Shown: in pieces, positions 1-9,997 of the stretch
How positions within the stretch are numbered: position 1 is the first letter of the stretch
How the letters are laid out: each line of letters starts with the position of its first letter
DNA from: Phycisphaerae bacterium
Lineage (GTDB): Bacteria; Planctomycetota; Phycisphaerae; UBA1845; Fen-1342
NCBI GenBank assembly: GCA_963675745.2
Contig: CAXXWX010000012.1
Span: forward strand, 18,969-82,968
DNA: 64,000 bases
Direction: 5' to 3'
Program-made: the position numbers and the translations under genes
The notes under the pieces: model-generated
The model's database searches: none
The model's input: only the letters and a program-made list of their open reading frames with translations
What the model was told of the DNA's origin: nothing

Positions 1-113
1 ATCGGCAAACGTATGCGTGGTTCGGAAGTCGGCGCGCTGTTCTAATGGCGGTGGTCGGCGAATCACGCGACACTGCGAATATGCACCAGGGGCCGACCGT
101 GGAAGGACAGATA

Positions 114-1028
114 ATGAGCGCCGTCGAGATTGACAACATCACCAAGGCATTCGGCAAGACCGTGGCCGTCGACAATCTGTCGCTGCGCGTCCCGCGCGGC
201 AGTGTCTACGGCTTCATCGGCCCGAACGGCTCCGGTAAGACAACCACGCTGCGCATGATCATGAACATTTTCTACCCTGATCAGGGCACGATCGAAGTCT
301 TCGGCCAACGCCTCAGCGGCGCGTGTACCGATCGCATCGGCTATCTGCCAGAAGAGCGCGGCCTCTACAAGAAGATGACGGTGCGCGACATATTGCTGTT
401 TTACGGCGGCCTGAAGAGCAACCGCAACCTGCGGGCCGATGTTGATCGCTGGCTGGAGAAGTTCGACCTGGCCGACCGCGCCACCAGCAAGGTGGAGTCG
501 CTCAGCAAAGGCATGAGCCAGAAGGTGCAGTTCATCGCCGCCGTCGTCACCGCGCCGGAAATGGTGATCCTGGATGAACCGTTCAGCGGGCTGGACCCGG
601 TCAACACCGACCTGCTGCGCGACGCCGTACTGGAGCTTCAGCGCCAGGGCACCACGGTGATCTTCAGCACGCACGATATGAACGTCGCCGAGGACATGTG
701 CGACTATATCTTCATGATCTTCAAGGGGCGCAAGGTGCTCGACGGGACGCTGGCCGCCATCCAGGACGACTATGGCAGCGACACCGTACGCCTGCGGCTC
801 GACGGCGGTACGGAGGTGTTGCGCGGCTTGCCGGATATTGAGAGCATTCGCGATCACGGCCAGCTCCAGGAGCTGCGCATCAAGGACGGGGGTGATGCGC
901 AGCAGATACTCGCGGCGCTCGTGTCGCGCGCGCGGGTTCGACATTTCGAGCTGACCCGCCCGTCACTGCACGACATTTTCGTGCGCATCGCCGGCCCGGC
1001 CGCCATCGAGGAGAACAGCCATGCGTAA
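114..1028 (+). CDS. ABC-2 type transporter ATP-binding subunit
   Basis: Walker A GPNGSGKTT, signature LSKGMSQK, Walker B ILDEP, H-loop STH. ATG at 114 preferred over the ORF-track start at 45. Confidence 0.93.
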   Translation: MSAVEIDNITKAFGKTVAVDNLSLRVPRGSVYGFIGPNGSGKTTTLRMIMNIFYPDQGTIEVFGQRLSGACTDRIGYLPEERGLYKKMTVRDILLFYGGLKSNRNLRADVDRWLEKFDLADRATSKVESLSKGMSQKVQFIAAVVTAPEMVILDEPFSGLDPVNTDLLRDAVLELQRQGTTVIFSTHDMNVAEDMCDYIFMIFKGRKVLDGTLAAIQDDYGSDTVRLRLDGGTEVLRGLPDIESIRDHGQLQELRIKDGGDAQQILAALVSRARVRHFELTRPSLHDIFVRIAGPAAIEENSHA

Positions 1029-2334
1029 GGTCATCAGGGTCGCGGTGCGTGAATACAAGGCGGCGGTAAAGACCAAGGCCTTCATCATCATGCTGGTGCT
1101 GCTGCCGATCATGATGGGCGGCAGCGCGATCTGCATGAAGCTGCTCGAGGATCGCCTCGATACCAACGACAAGCGCCTGGCGATCATCGACCGTTCGGGC
1201 CAGATCGCACCGGCCGTCGTCGCCGCCGCCAAGGCACACAACGAAAACGAGATCCACGACGCCGACACGGGAAAGAAGATCGGTCCCGCGTACTACATAG
1301 AAATCGTGCCGCCGCGCGCGGATGACCCGGCGGCACAACGCCTGGAGTTGTCCGACCGCGTTCGCGCGCGTGAGCTCTACGCATTTGTCGAGATCGGCGC
1401 GGACGTGGTAGCGCCCGGCGATGATGCAGGCGACGCGCGTATCGGCTACCACTCGGATAACGCCGTCATGGACGACACGCGGCGCTGGATCGGCGCGCCC
1501 ATCAACAACCAGATTCGCGCCCTGCGTCTGGGGGCCGCCAACCTCGATCCGCAGACTGTTGACGAGATCACGCGCTGGACGTCGGTCGAGCCCCTTGGAC
1601 TGGTCAGTGTCGGCACCGACGGGGTCGTGACCGAGGCCGAGCGCAGCAGCGAGCTGGTGGCCATCTTGCGCCCGATGATCACGATGATGGCGATGTTCAT
1701 GATGGTGATCGCCGGCGTGGCCCCGCTCGTGAACGCCGTGCTCGAAGAGAAGATGCAGCGCATTGCCGAGGTGCTGCTGGGCTCAATCAAGCCGTTTGAG
1801 CTGATGCTGGGCAAGCTGATCGGCACAGTGCTGGTTTCGCTGACGATCCTGGCGCTCTACCTCGGGGGCGGGTTCCTGCTCGCCTGGCACAACGATGTCA
1901 CCGAGTACATTCCGCTTGATCTGCTGCCGTGGTTCCTGGTCTTCATGGTCGCCGCGATTTTGATGTTCGGCTCGCTGCTGATCGCGCTGACGGCGGCGTG
2001 CAGCGATCTGAAAGAGGCCCAGTCGATGATCATGCCGGTCTGGCTGCTGATCATGCTGCCGATGTTCGTGTGGCTGCCGGTGGTAAAGCAGCCGTTGAGC
2101 GATTTCGCCACATGGGCCTCGCTGTTCCCGCCCGCAACGCCGACACTGATGCTGCTGCGGCAGACCTCGCCGACGGGCATCCCGGCGTGGCAACCGTGGG
2201 TCGGCCTGATCGGCGTGCTGGCGGTAACCGCCTTCGCGATCTGGGCCGCCGGCCGCATCTTCCGCATCGGGCTGCTGATGCAGGGCAAGGCGCCGAAGCT
2301 CACGGAACTGCTGCGCTGGGCCGTGCGGGGGTAG
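1021..2334 (+). CDS. ABC-2 type transporter permease (NatB/YhaP-like)
   Basis: N-terminal TM, large extracytoplasmic loop, EEKMQRIAEVLLGS..PFELMLGK motif, several C-terminal TMs; overlaps the ATPase stop. Confidence 0.9.
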   Translation: MRKVIRVAVREYKAAVKTKAFIIMLVLLPIMMGGSAICMKLLEDRLDTNDKRLAIIDRSGQIAPAVVAAAKAHNENEIHDADTGKKIGPAYYIEIVPPRADDPAAQRLELSDRVRARELYAFVEIGADVVAPGDDAGDARIGYHSDNAVMDDTRRWIGAPINNQIRALRLGAANLDPQTVDEITRWTSVEPLGLVSVGTDGVVTEAERSSELVAILRPMITMMAMFMMVIAGVAPLVNAVLEEKMQRIAEVLLGSIKPFELMLGKLIGTVLVSLTILALYLGGGFLLAWHNDVTEYIPLDLLPWFLVFMVAAILMFGSLLIALTAACSDLKEAQSMIMPVWLLIMLPMFVWLPVVKQPLSDFATWASLFPPATPTLMLLRQTSPTGIPAWQPWVGLIGVLAVTAFAIWAAGRIFRIGLLMQGKAPKLTELLRWAVRG

Positions 2335-2451
2335 GGGGGGCAAGGCCGGCGTCAGCTTTTCCCTTATCCAGCCCGACATCGTCGCGAGCCCGCACACGGC
2401 CGCCGCGACGGTATGTTGGACCCGCAGACCGCTACGCGGTACATTCACGAT

Positions 2452-2910
2452 ATGCGTAAGCACAAGCGACGGATGGAGACGCTTGCAGTCATCGCCGTGG
2501 CGTTCCTGCTCGGCGGGTGTACATCATCCGTAGCGCGGCCGGACCCGGCACGCTCGAGCTTGCCAGAGCCGGCCATGCCGCCCGGTCGACTTGGTTATCC
2601 GCTCGGAAAATACTTGACCATCGAGGGCGTGAGAGCCGAACGCGGCAAGGTCGGCGTTCGCACGCTCCTGGTGGACAAGGCTGATGGCCGGGAAGTGTCT
2701 CCGCCGATCGGGCTGTGGATCGACAATACTGATGCGTTACCGGCTGGGACACGGTGCGTATTGCGCGGATACGAGAGCGGTAAGATGATCGGCCTGCCCC
2801 GTGAGGTGGCTGAGAAGGAGAATCTCCCGCTTCCACAGGCCGGCTGGCAGTTCTATCGCTACTTCATCGCGACCTCGGTGGTCGAGCCGATCGACCTGAA
2901 GATCAAGTGA
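2452..2910 (+). CDS. hypothetical lipoprotein
   Basis: Basic N-terminus, hydrophobic stretch and lipobox-like LLGGC; start codon uncertain. Confidence 0.6.
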   Translation: MRKHKRRMETLAVIAVAFLLGGCTSSVARPDPARSSLPEPAMPPGRLGYPLGKYLTIEGVRAERGKVGVRTLLVDKADGREVSPPIGLWIDNTDALPAGTRCVLRGYESGKMIGLPREVAEKENLPLPQAGWQFYRYFIATSVVEPIDLKIK

Positions 2911-3182
2911 CCCAAGTCGCGCAGGTCGCCTGACGCCGGCTGCGCGCCGAGTGCTCGCCTTCGGAGCCACGGCGGTCCGCCCGCGCAGCACATCACCCGC
3001 GCCTGGAATCACAGCTACGCCTGCCGCGCGGAGAGATGCACATTTTCGCGCAGCGCGTTGGTCAAGGCGATGCGGAGACGCTCGAAGACCTGCCGCCGCA
3101 AGAAGTTACGATTCTCGAATGGAAGCCGGAGTGACGCACCGCGCGGCGCTCGCTTCTCTGGCCGCGACGAAGGTGAACCGCG

Positions 3183-5084
3183 ATGCAACGAATGACGGAT
3201 AACGCAGCGATTCCGTACGGCGCGATGCTTGCCGCGGCTTTCTGGATGGTTGGGTCAGCAGCGGCCGCCGCGCCGCCACAAACGCGTATCGATGAGATCG
3301 CGGCGATGCTGGACGCCGAGCCGATTGGTCTGGGTCCGACCTGCGCGGATCGGGCGGCGTGGGATGCGTTGGGCAGGCGCGATGACTTTCGGGCCATCGT
3401 GGCGGCCGCTGAGAAGTTGCTGACACAGCCGCTGCCGGAGCAGTCCGAGGAGTTGTTCCTGGACTTCTCGCGCACCGGCAACCGCCGGCCGTGGGAGCGC
3501 GTGGCATTCTCGCGACGGGGGCGCATCAAGACACTCGTGCTGGCCGAGTGTGTCGAGAACAAGGGGCGTTTTGTGCCGGCGATCCGGGATTTGGTGGCGG
3601 CGCTGTGTGACGAGCCGACATGGGTCTATCCGGCTCACGATCGGAGCCTGGGGAACTTCCGGCGCGAGCGCATCGACATTGATCTCGGGTCGGCGTACGT
3701 CGCCGGCGAATTATCGCTGGCGTATTACCTGCTCGGCGACAAGCTCGGCGAGGACACACGTACGCTGATTCAAACGACCGTGGCGGCGCGCATCCTGGAT
3801 CCATTCACCGACATGGTGCGCGGCAAACGCGATTCAAACTGGTGGCTGAAGGGCGAGAACAACTGGAACTCGGTGTGTCTGGCCGGCGTCACCGAGGCGG
3901 CGTTGTCGCTGGTGCGCGAGCGCGAGCGGCGCGCATTCTTCATCGCGGCCGCCGAGCAATCCTCAAAGCACTATCTGAGTGGGTTTACCGCTGACGGGTA
4001 CTGCTCGGAGGGACTGGCGTATTGGAACTACGGCTTCACACACTATGCGCAACTCGCGATCGTGATCGAGCGGGCCACGCACGGGCGGGTAGACCTGATG
4101 GCCGCTGACGGCGCCCGCAAGCCGGCGGGGTTCGGCGCGCGGTCCGAGATCATCGGCGGCGTGTATCCCACGTTCGCGGATTGCCCCATGAATACCAGGC
4201 CAAGCGCCATTCTGGTGGACTACATCGAGCGGCGGCGCAGCGCGGAAAGCCGCACGCCGCGAGCCTCCACGACAAAGGGCCGCGGCCTGGCCCAGACGGT
4301 GGCGTTTACGTTTGGCGCGAGCGGCTCGCGATCGGGTGCGGAACAGGGCGTCGTCGAGGAGCATCTGCGCACGTGGTTCGACGAGGCGGGAGTGCTGATC
4401 TGCCGGCCCGCGCCAGGCACGCCGGAGCGTCTGGGAGTGGCCCTCAAGGGTGGGCACAACGCCGAGCATCACAACCACAACGATGTGGGTTCGTTCATCG
4501 TTGTTGTCAACGATCGACCGGTGCTGGTCGACCCGGGCACCGAGGTATACACGGCGCGCACGTTCAGCTCGCGGCGTTATGAGAGCAAGGTTCTGAACTC
4601 CTTCGGCCATCCGGTGCCGGTTGTCGCCGGAAAACTGCAACGCACCGGGGCCAGGGCTTGTGGACGTGTACTCGAGCGGGAATTCACCGACGCCCGCGAC
4701 TCGCTGACGCTTGACATTAGCGCGGCGTATGACGTCGCTTCACTACAGCGGTTGGAACGCAAGTTCGTCTATGAGCGGGGTAGCGCGGAGTGTTTGCGCG
4801 TGATCGACACTGTCGAATTCTCCGAGCCCGAGCGATTCGAACTCGCGCTCGTGACGTTCGGCAAATGGAGCCAGGTCTCGACGAACGTGCTGCGCGTCGA
4901 TGATGAGGGGCGTGCCGTAGACGTAGAGATTCTGACCGGCGGGGTCGAGTTCGCCGTTAACGCCGAGGAAATCGACGAGGATGTGCGGATAGGCAAGAAG
5001 CCCACGCGCATCGCGATCACGCTCACACAGACGGTGCGCGCCGCCGATGTCACGATGCGGATCAGCCCGGTCCAGGGTAATTAG
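3183..5084 (+). CDS. heparinase II/III-like secreted polysaccharide lyase
   Basis: Signal peptide; NNWNSVC, DGYCSEGLAYWNYG and KGGHNAEHHNHNDVGSF motifs typical of heparinase II/III-family proteins. Confidence 0.8.
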   Translation: MQRMTDNAAIPYGAMLAAAFWMVGSAAAAAPPQTRIDEIAAMLDAEPIGLGPTCADRAAWDALGRRDDFRAIVAAAEKLLTQPLPEQSEELFLDFSRTGNRRPWERVAFSRRGRIKTLVLAECVENKGRFVPAIRDLVAALCDEPTWVYPAHDRSLGNFRRERIDIDLGSAYVAGELSLAYYLLGDKLGEDTRTLIQTTVAARILDPFTDMVRGKRDSNWWLKGENNWNSVCLAGVTEAALSLVRERERRAFFIAAAEQSSKHYLSGFTADGYCSEGLAYWNYGFTHYAQLAIVIERATHGRVDLMAADGARKPAGFGARSEIIGGVYPTFADCPMNTRPSAILVDYIERRRSAESRTPRASTTKGRGLAQTVAFTFGASGSRSGAEQGVVEEHLRTWFDEAGVLICRPAPGTPERLGVALKGGHNAEHHNHNDVGSFIVVVNDRPVLVDPGTEVYTARTFSSRRYESKVLNSFGHPVPVVAGKLQRTGARACGRVLEREFTDARDSLTLDISAAYDVASLQRLERKFVYERGSAECLRVIDTVEFSEPERFELALVTFGKWSQVSTNVLRVDDEGRAVDVEILTGGVEFAVNAEEIDEDVRIGKKPTRIAITLTQTVRAADVTMRISPVQGN

Positions 5085-5125
5085 GGCGATTGCGGGAGTG
5101 GCGCGGCGTCGTTCGTTACGCATCC

Positions 5126-5151
5126 GCACGGCTCACAGAGCCGTAGCACAC
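5126..5151. repeat. REP-like palindromic repeat (same family as 57561-57633)
   Basis: GCACGGCTCACAGAGCCGTAGCACAC is nearly identical to GCACGGCTCACAGAGCCATGGCACAC at 57608-57633; intergenic. Confidence 0.75.
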
Positions 5152-5184
5152 GTGGGAGTGATGCGCTCAGGAGGTTTTGTGCTC

Positions 5185-7557
5185 ATGAAGACCGGCATGG
5201 ACAGAAGATCACTGACCGCCGCGCTTGTTGGTCTGTATTTGCTGGTGCCGACACTGGCCACTGCCAGCGATCTGGCCGGCGGCAGCTATCGGCGTTTAAC
5301 GCACGATGGCGCCTGGTGCTGGTTTTCCGACCCGCGCGCCGTGTACGACGAGAAATCGAAGTGTACATACGCCGGTTGGGTGAACAGCCAGGGGGACGTT
5401 GTGGTGGGGGCGTTTGACCACCAGACGGCCGATGTTCAAACGGCGATTCTGCACCGCAAGCTCGAGGCCGACGACCACGCGGCACCTTCGCTCGTGATTC
5501 TGCCCGACGGGCGTCTGCGCGCGTTCTACGCAAAGCATGGCGACAACGTGATGCGCACTCGAATCACACGGCGATCGGCAGATGTCTTGGCCTGGGAGCC
5601 CGAGCAAACGCTCGATCTCAACAACCCGGATGAGCTGAAGCCCGGTCATCCGAACAGCGTCTGCTATTCCAATCCCGCCTTGCTGAGCGGCGGTGAGCTC
5701 GTGTTGTTCTGGCGCGGGACGAATTTCAAGCCGTGCATGGCCGTATCGCATGACCAGGGCGCTGGTTTTGAGACCAGCCACGTGGTATTCGAGGCCCCCG
5801 GCGCGGACGCCGGTAATCGCCCTTACCTGAAGGTAGCTTGCGATGACGGCCAGCTCATTCACATCACGCTGACCACGGGGCACCCGCGCAACGAGCCGCA
5901 CAACAGCGTGTACTACTGCTCGTTCGACGGAACGACGTTCCGCCGGGCGGATGGCGACGTCATCGGGACCATCGACGACCTGCCGCTGGATCCGGCGCAG
6001 TGCGATATTGTCCACGATGGTCAGGCGACCGGCGTACGGGCCTGGATCTGGGACATCGCCGCCGACGCCGATGGTCATCCCGCAATTGTCTATGCCCGGT
6101 TGCCGGCCGAAACGCGGCACGTGTACTACCACGCCGCCTGGGATGGTGAGCAGTGGGTGCATCACCCGATCGTCGGCGGGGGCGCGTGGTTCCCGCAGAC
6201 ACCCGAGGGCAAGCATGAACCGGAGCCGCACTATTCCGCCGGTCTCGTGCTGGATCACGCCGACCCGCGCCGAGTCTACCTCGCGCGCCCCGTGCTCGGC
6301 GTGTTTGAGATCGAGCGCTGGGAGCTGGACGACAGCGGAGACCGTTGGCGGCAAACGGCCGTCACGAGCGGATCGCGGTTCGACAATGTGCGTCCCTTTG
6401 TGATTCGCAATGCGCCGCCGACCGGGCCGCGCGTGTTGTGGATGTGCGTGGATCAGCGCTATGAGCATTACACGCGCTATGGCTGCTCGATCCGTATGGA
6501 CCGGCCGGAGCCGCCGCGAACCACCGATCCGCTGAGTCCGGTGACCATCCAGCGGATTATGGAACGCGTGGGGCGCTGGCAACTAGCGAACCCGGCGCGG
6601 CACGCGCCGTGGGATTGGACCAACGGCGCGCTCTATGCGGGGATGATGGCGCTGGTGCGCGTCTCGCAGGATGGCCGGTTCGAGCAGGCCATGTTCGAGA
6701 CCGGGAGGGCGATCGAGTGGAAGCCCGGGCCGCGTGAGTTCTTCGCCGATGACCACTGTGTCGGACAGATGTACATCGAGATATACATGCGTCGGCATGA
6801 TGAGGCGCTGCTGGCACCGATTCGGGCGGCGATGGACGCCGTGGCCGCGCAGCCGGCGGACGAATCGTTGCTGTGGGAAAATGATGTACACCTGCGCGAG
6901 TGGGCGTGGTGTGACTCGCTGTTCATGGCGCCGCCGACACTGGCCCGGCTGTATGAAGCCACCGGCGACGAGCGGTACCTGAAAGAGCTCGATCGGCGAT
7001 GGTGGAAGACGGTGGATTATCTGTATGACACAGAGGAGCACCTCTTCTTCCGCGACAGCCGCTACTTCGACAAGCGCGAGGCAAACGGCCGCAAGGTATT
7101 CTGGAGCCGCGGCAACGGCTGGGTGCTGGGTGGCCTGGCGCGCGTGTTGCAGAGCCTGCCGAAAACGCATCCCTCGCGAGCACGCTACGAAACCCTCTTC
7201 GTCGAGATGAGCACGCGCATTGCCGAGTTGCAGCGGCCGGACGGACTGTGGCACTCCAGCCTGCTCGATCCGGCGTCATATCCGCAGCCGGAGACCAGCG
7301 GCTCGGGCTTCTATTGCTTCGCGCTGGCGTGGGGCATCAACAGCGGGTTGCTGGACCGGGACAAGTTTCGCCCGGTAGTAGAACGGGCCTGGACAGCGCT
7401 GGTCGATTGCGTGGACGCCAACGGCATGCTGGAATGGGTGCAGCCGATCGGCGCCGATCCGCGCCTGGTGTGCGCGGCCAACACGGATGTCTACGGTGTC
7501 GGCGCGTTTCTGCTCGCGGGTGAGCAGGTTAGACAACTCGTGTCAGGCGCGGAGTAG
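5185..7557 (+). CDS. BNR-repeat (BNR_4-like) domain fused to GH88/GH105 unsaturated glycuronyl hydrolase
   Basis: RBS AGGAGG upstream; N-half GAWCWFSDPRA, DDHAAP, RPYLK; C-half DWTNGALY, WAWCDSLFMAPP, FWSRGNGW, ETSGSG. Confidence 0.85.
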   Translation: MKTGMDRRSLTAALVGLYLLVPTLATASDLAGGSYRRLTHDGAWCWFSDPRAVYDEKSKCTYAGWVNSQGDVVVGAFDHQTADVQTAILHRKLEADDHAAPSLVILPDGRLRAFYAKHGDNVMRTRITRRSADVLAWEPEQTLDLNNPDELKPGHPNSVCYSNPALLSGGELVLFWRGTNFKPCMAVSHDQGAGFETSHVVFEAPGADAGNRPYLKVACDDGQLIHITLTTGHPRNEPHNSVYYCSFDGTTFRRADGDVIGTIDDLPLDPAQCDIVHDGQATGVRAWIWDIAADADGHPAIVYARLPAETRHVYYHAAWDGEQWVHHPIVGGGAWFPQTPEGKHEPEPHYSAGLVLDHADPRRVYLARPVLGVFEIERWELDDSGDRWRQTAVTSGSRFDNVRPFVIRNAPPTGPRVLWMCVDQRYEHYTRYGCSIRMDRPEPPRTTDPLSPVTIQRIMERVGRWQLANPARHAPWDWTNGALYAGMMALVRVSQDGRFEQAMFETGRAIEWKPGPREFFADDHCVGQMYIEIYMRRHDEALLAPIRAAMDAVAAQPADESLLWENDVHLREWAWCDSLFMAPPTLARLYEATGDERYLKELDRRWWKTVDYLYDTEEHLFFRDSRYFDKREANGRKVFWSRGNGWVLGGLARVLQSLPKTHPSRARYETLFVEMSTRIAELQRPDGLWHSSLLDPASYPQPETSGSGFYCFALAWGINSGLLDRDKFRPVVERAWTALVDCVDANGMLEWVQPIGADPRLVCAANTDVYGVGAFLLAGEQVRQLVSGAE

Positions 7558-7598
7558 CGTCGCGGACAACTCATGCCGCCCAGATGGTGAGGTTACCC

Positions 7599-9953
7599 AT
7601 GTACACGCTTCTGATCTGCTGTTTCTGCGCTGGATTCGCGGGAGCCGACGCAAAGCCGCAGTGGATTGCGCCGGAGATGGCGCCCGCAACCACGCCGCCA
7701 CGACCTTGTCCGCTGCTGCGCCACGTGTTCACGCTGACCGACACGCCGGTCGGCGCCACGGTGCGTGTCATCGGGCTCGGGCACTACGAGTTGCGTCTTA
7801 ACGGCCAAGTCGTCGGTGACACGGTCGTCAACCAGGCCTGGTCGCAGTATGACAAGACGCTGTATTGGCGGGAATTCGACATCACGTCGCTGCTGAAAAC
7901 CGGGGAGAACGTCTGTGGTGTGGTGCTGGGTAATTCGTTCTGGCAGGTGGCGCCGGCCAACGACGCCGGGCGGTTCGTGAAGACCGACGCGATGCCGGAT
8001 TTCTCGGGCGGGCATCCGTACCTGCTGTGGTTGGAGGCGCGCATTCGAAACGCCGACGGCGAGGAGACCGTTATCCGGAGTGACTCCGCGTGGCGCTGGA
8101 CGGACGGGCCGCTGACCTTCTCACACATCTACGCGGGCGAAGATTATGACGCCCGGCTTGCGCCAACCGGTTGGGACAAGGCTGGATTCGACGACAGCGC
8201 GTGGCAGCCGGCACAGATCGTCGAAGCGCCGCCGGCGGCAATGCTGGCGCTGAGCAGCCCGGGTCTGAAGACGGCCGAGGTGTTCAAGCCGACAGAAATC
8301 CGCGAACCCGAGGCCGGCATCTTCACGTACGTCTTTCCGCAGAACTGTTCGGCTCTGCTGCGCTTTACGGTGCGCGGCGCGCGGGGCAGCACGATTCGCT
8401 TCAAACCCTGCGAGTACATGGACGACGCCGGCCGCGTGCGTTTCACGTACACCTGGGGCACGGGCAAGGACATCTGGCACGACTACACGCTGCGCGGCGG
8501 TGATGATGAATCGCACCAGACGGTCTTCTGCTATGTCGGCTGCCAATACGTCGAGGTGACCGGCGCCGTGCCGCGCGGGCATGCAAACCCGGACAGCCTG
8601 CCGGTCGTGGCGCAACTGGAGCTCGTACACGTCCGCGCGGCCAACCGGGTCGCCGGTTCATTCTCGTGCTCCAGCGAGTTGCAGAATCGCATCCACCATA
8701 TCATCGACTGGTCCATCCGTTCGAACATGAGCCATGTCCCGACCGACTGCCCCCACCGCGAGAAGAATGGCTGGCAGGAGCAGACGTGGCACATGGCGCG
8801 CTCCGTCGGCTACCTGTACGACGTGCACGACTGGTATCGCAAGATCGCCCGTGACCTGCGCGACACGCAGCTTCCCGATGGGCACATACCGACCAATTGT
8901 CCGAACTACCTGGTCGGGATTCCGCCGCACGGCTTCTGGAACGAGGCGCCGGAGTGGGGCGTTGCCGGCGTGCTGGCGCCGTGGCATCTATACGAGTGGT
9001 ACGGCGACCGTGAAGCGCTGGCCGCCGGTTATGACAGTATGAAGGCGTTTGTCGACTACCTGACATCGCAGGCCAAGGACGGCGTGATCAAGAGCAACCT
9101 CGGCGACTGGTATGACTGCGGCCACGACAAGGGCGACGGTCCGTCGCAATGGACGCCGCTGGAGGTGAGCGCCACGGCGGTCTGGGCGCTGGGGGCATCG
9201 ACAGTGGCGCGCGCGGCGGCGGTGCTGGATCGTCCCGCCGACGCGGCGCGCTATCGCGCATTGTTCGAGAAGATCCGGGCCACGTTCCAGCAGCGCTTCT
9301 GGGACAGCGCGAGCAAGACCGTCAAGAACAACGGCTCGTGCCAGGCGGGAAACGCGGCGGCTTTGTGCATCGATCTTGTGCCGACGGCGGACCGTGCCGC
9401 GGCGGTTGAACGCATTGTTGACGATCTTGCACGCCGTAAGTGGCAGCAGACAACCGGTGAGGTGCTGCACGTGTTTCTGATTCGCGCACTGGCGGATGCC
9501 GGGCGAACAGACGCGCTGCACAAGGTATATGCCCGCACGGAACGTGGCAGCTACGGCTACATGGTCGAAAGCGGTCTCACGACGCTGCCTGAGAGCTGGA
9601 ACGCGCAGCCCGGCACCGGCAACAGCCTGAATCACTTCATGCTTGGCCACCTGGTCGAGTGGCATTTCGCGTACGTCGCCGGAATACGGCAGCAGCCGGG
9701 CGGTGTCGGCTGGCGCAAGATTGTCATTGAGCCGCACCCCGGGCCGCTGACGCACGCCCAGGCGTCGTTCGACAGCCCCGCCGGGCACATCGCCGGCCAG
9801 TGGCGCCGCGCTGACGGCGTCTTTGAACTGACTGTTGAGATCCCGAATGGTGTGGACGCGCTGGCTGTGCTGCCGGACGGATCGCGGCACAAGTTGCCAC
9901 CAGGATCGACGAAGCTGCATTGCCCGGATGTTGAGCCGTCACCCGGCGGCTGA
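7599..9953 (+). CDS. alpha-L-rhamnosidase (GH78)
   Basis: GLGHYELRLNG, IYAGEDYDAR, PTDCPHREKNGW, LGDW, TTLPESW and SLNHFMLG motifs. Confidence 0.9.
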   Translation: MYTLLICCFCAGFAGADAKPQWIAPEMAPATTPPRPCPLLRHVFTLTDTPVGATVRVIGLGHYELRLNGQVVGDTVVNQAWSQYDKTLYWREFDITSLLKTGENVCGVVLGNSFWQVAPANDAGRFVKTDAMPDFSGGHPYLLWLEARIRNADGEETVIRSDSAWRWTDGPLTFSHIYAGEDYDARLAPTGWDKAGFDDSAWQPAQIVEAPPAAMLALSSPGLKTAEVFKPTEIREPEAGIFTYVFPQNCSALLRFTVRGARGSTIRFKPCEYMDDAGRVRFTYTWGTGKDIWHDYTLRGGDDESHQTVFCYVGCQYVEVTGAVPRGHANPDSLPVVAQLELVHVRAANRVAGSFSCSSELQNRIHHIIDWSIRSNMSHVPTDCPHREKNGWQEQTWHMARSVGYLYDVHDWYRKIARDLRDTQLPDGHIPTNCPNYLVGIPPHGFWNEAPEWGVAGVLAPWHLYEWYGDREALAAGYDSMKAFVDYLTSQAKDGVIKSNLGDWYDCGHDKGDGPSQWTPLEVSATAVWALGASTVARAAAVLDRPADAARYRALFEKIRATFQQRFWDSASKTVKNNGSCQAGNAAALCIDLVPTADRAAAVERIVDDLARRKWQQTTGEVLHVFLIRALADAGRTDALHKVYARTERGSYGYMVESGLTTLPESWNAQPGTGNSLNHFMLGHLVEWHFAYVAGIRQQPGGVGWRKIVIEPHPGPLTHAQASFDSPAGHIAGQWRRADGVFELTVEIPNGVDALAVLPDGSRHKLPPGSTKLHCPDVEPSPGG

Positions 9954-9997
9954 AGAGCTGTCGAGAGTCATGCCGCGCCAGGACTGAATGCCTGACG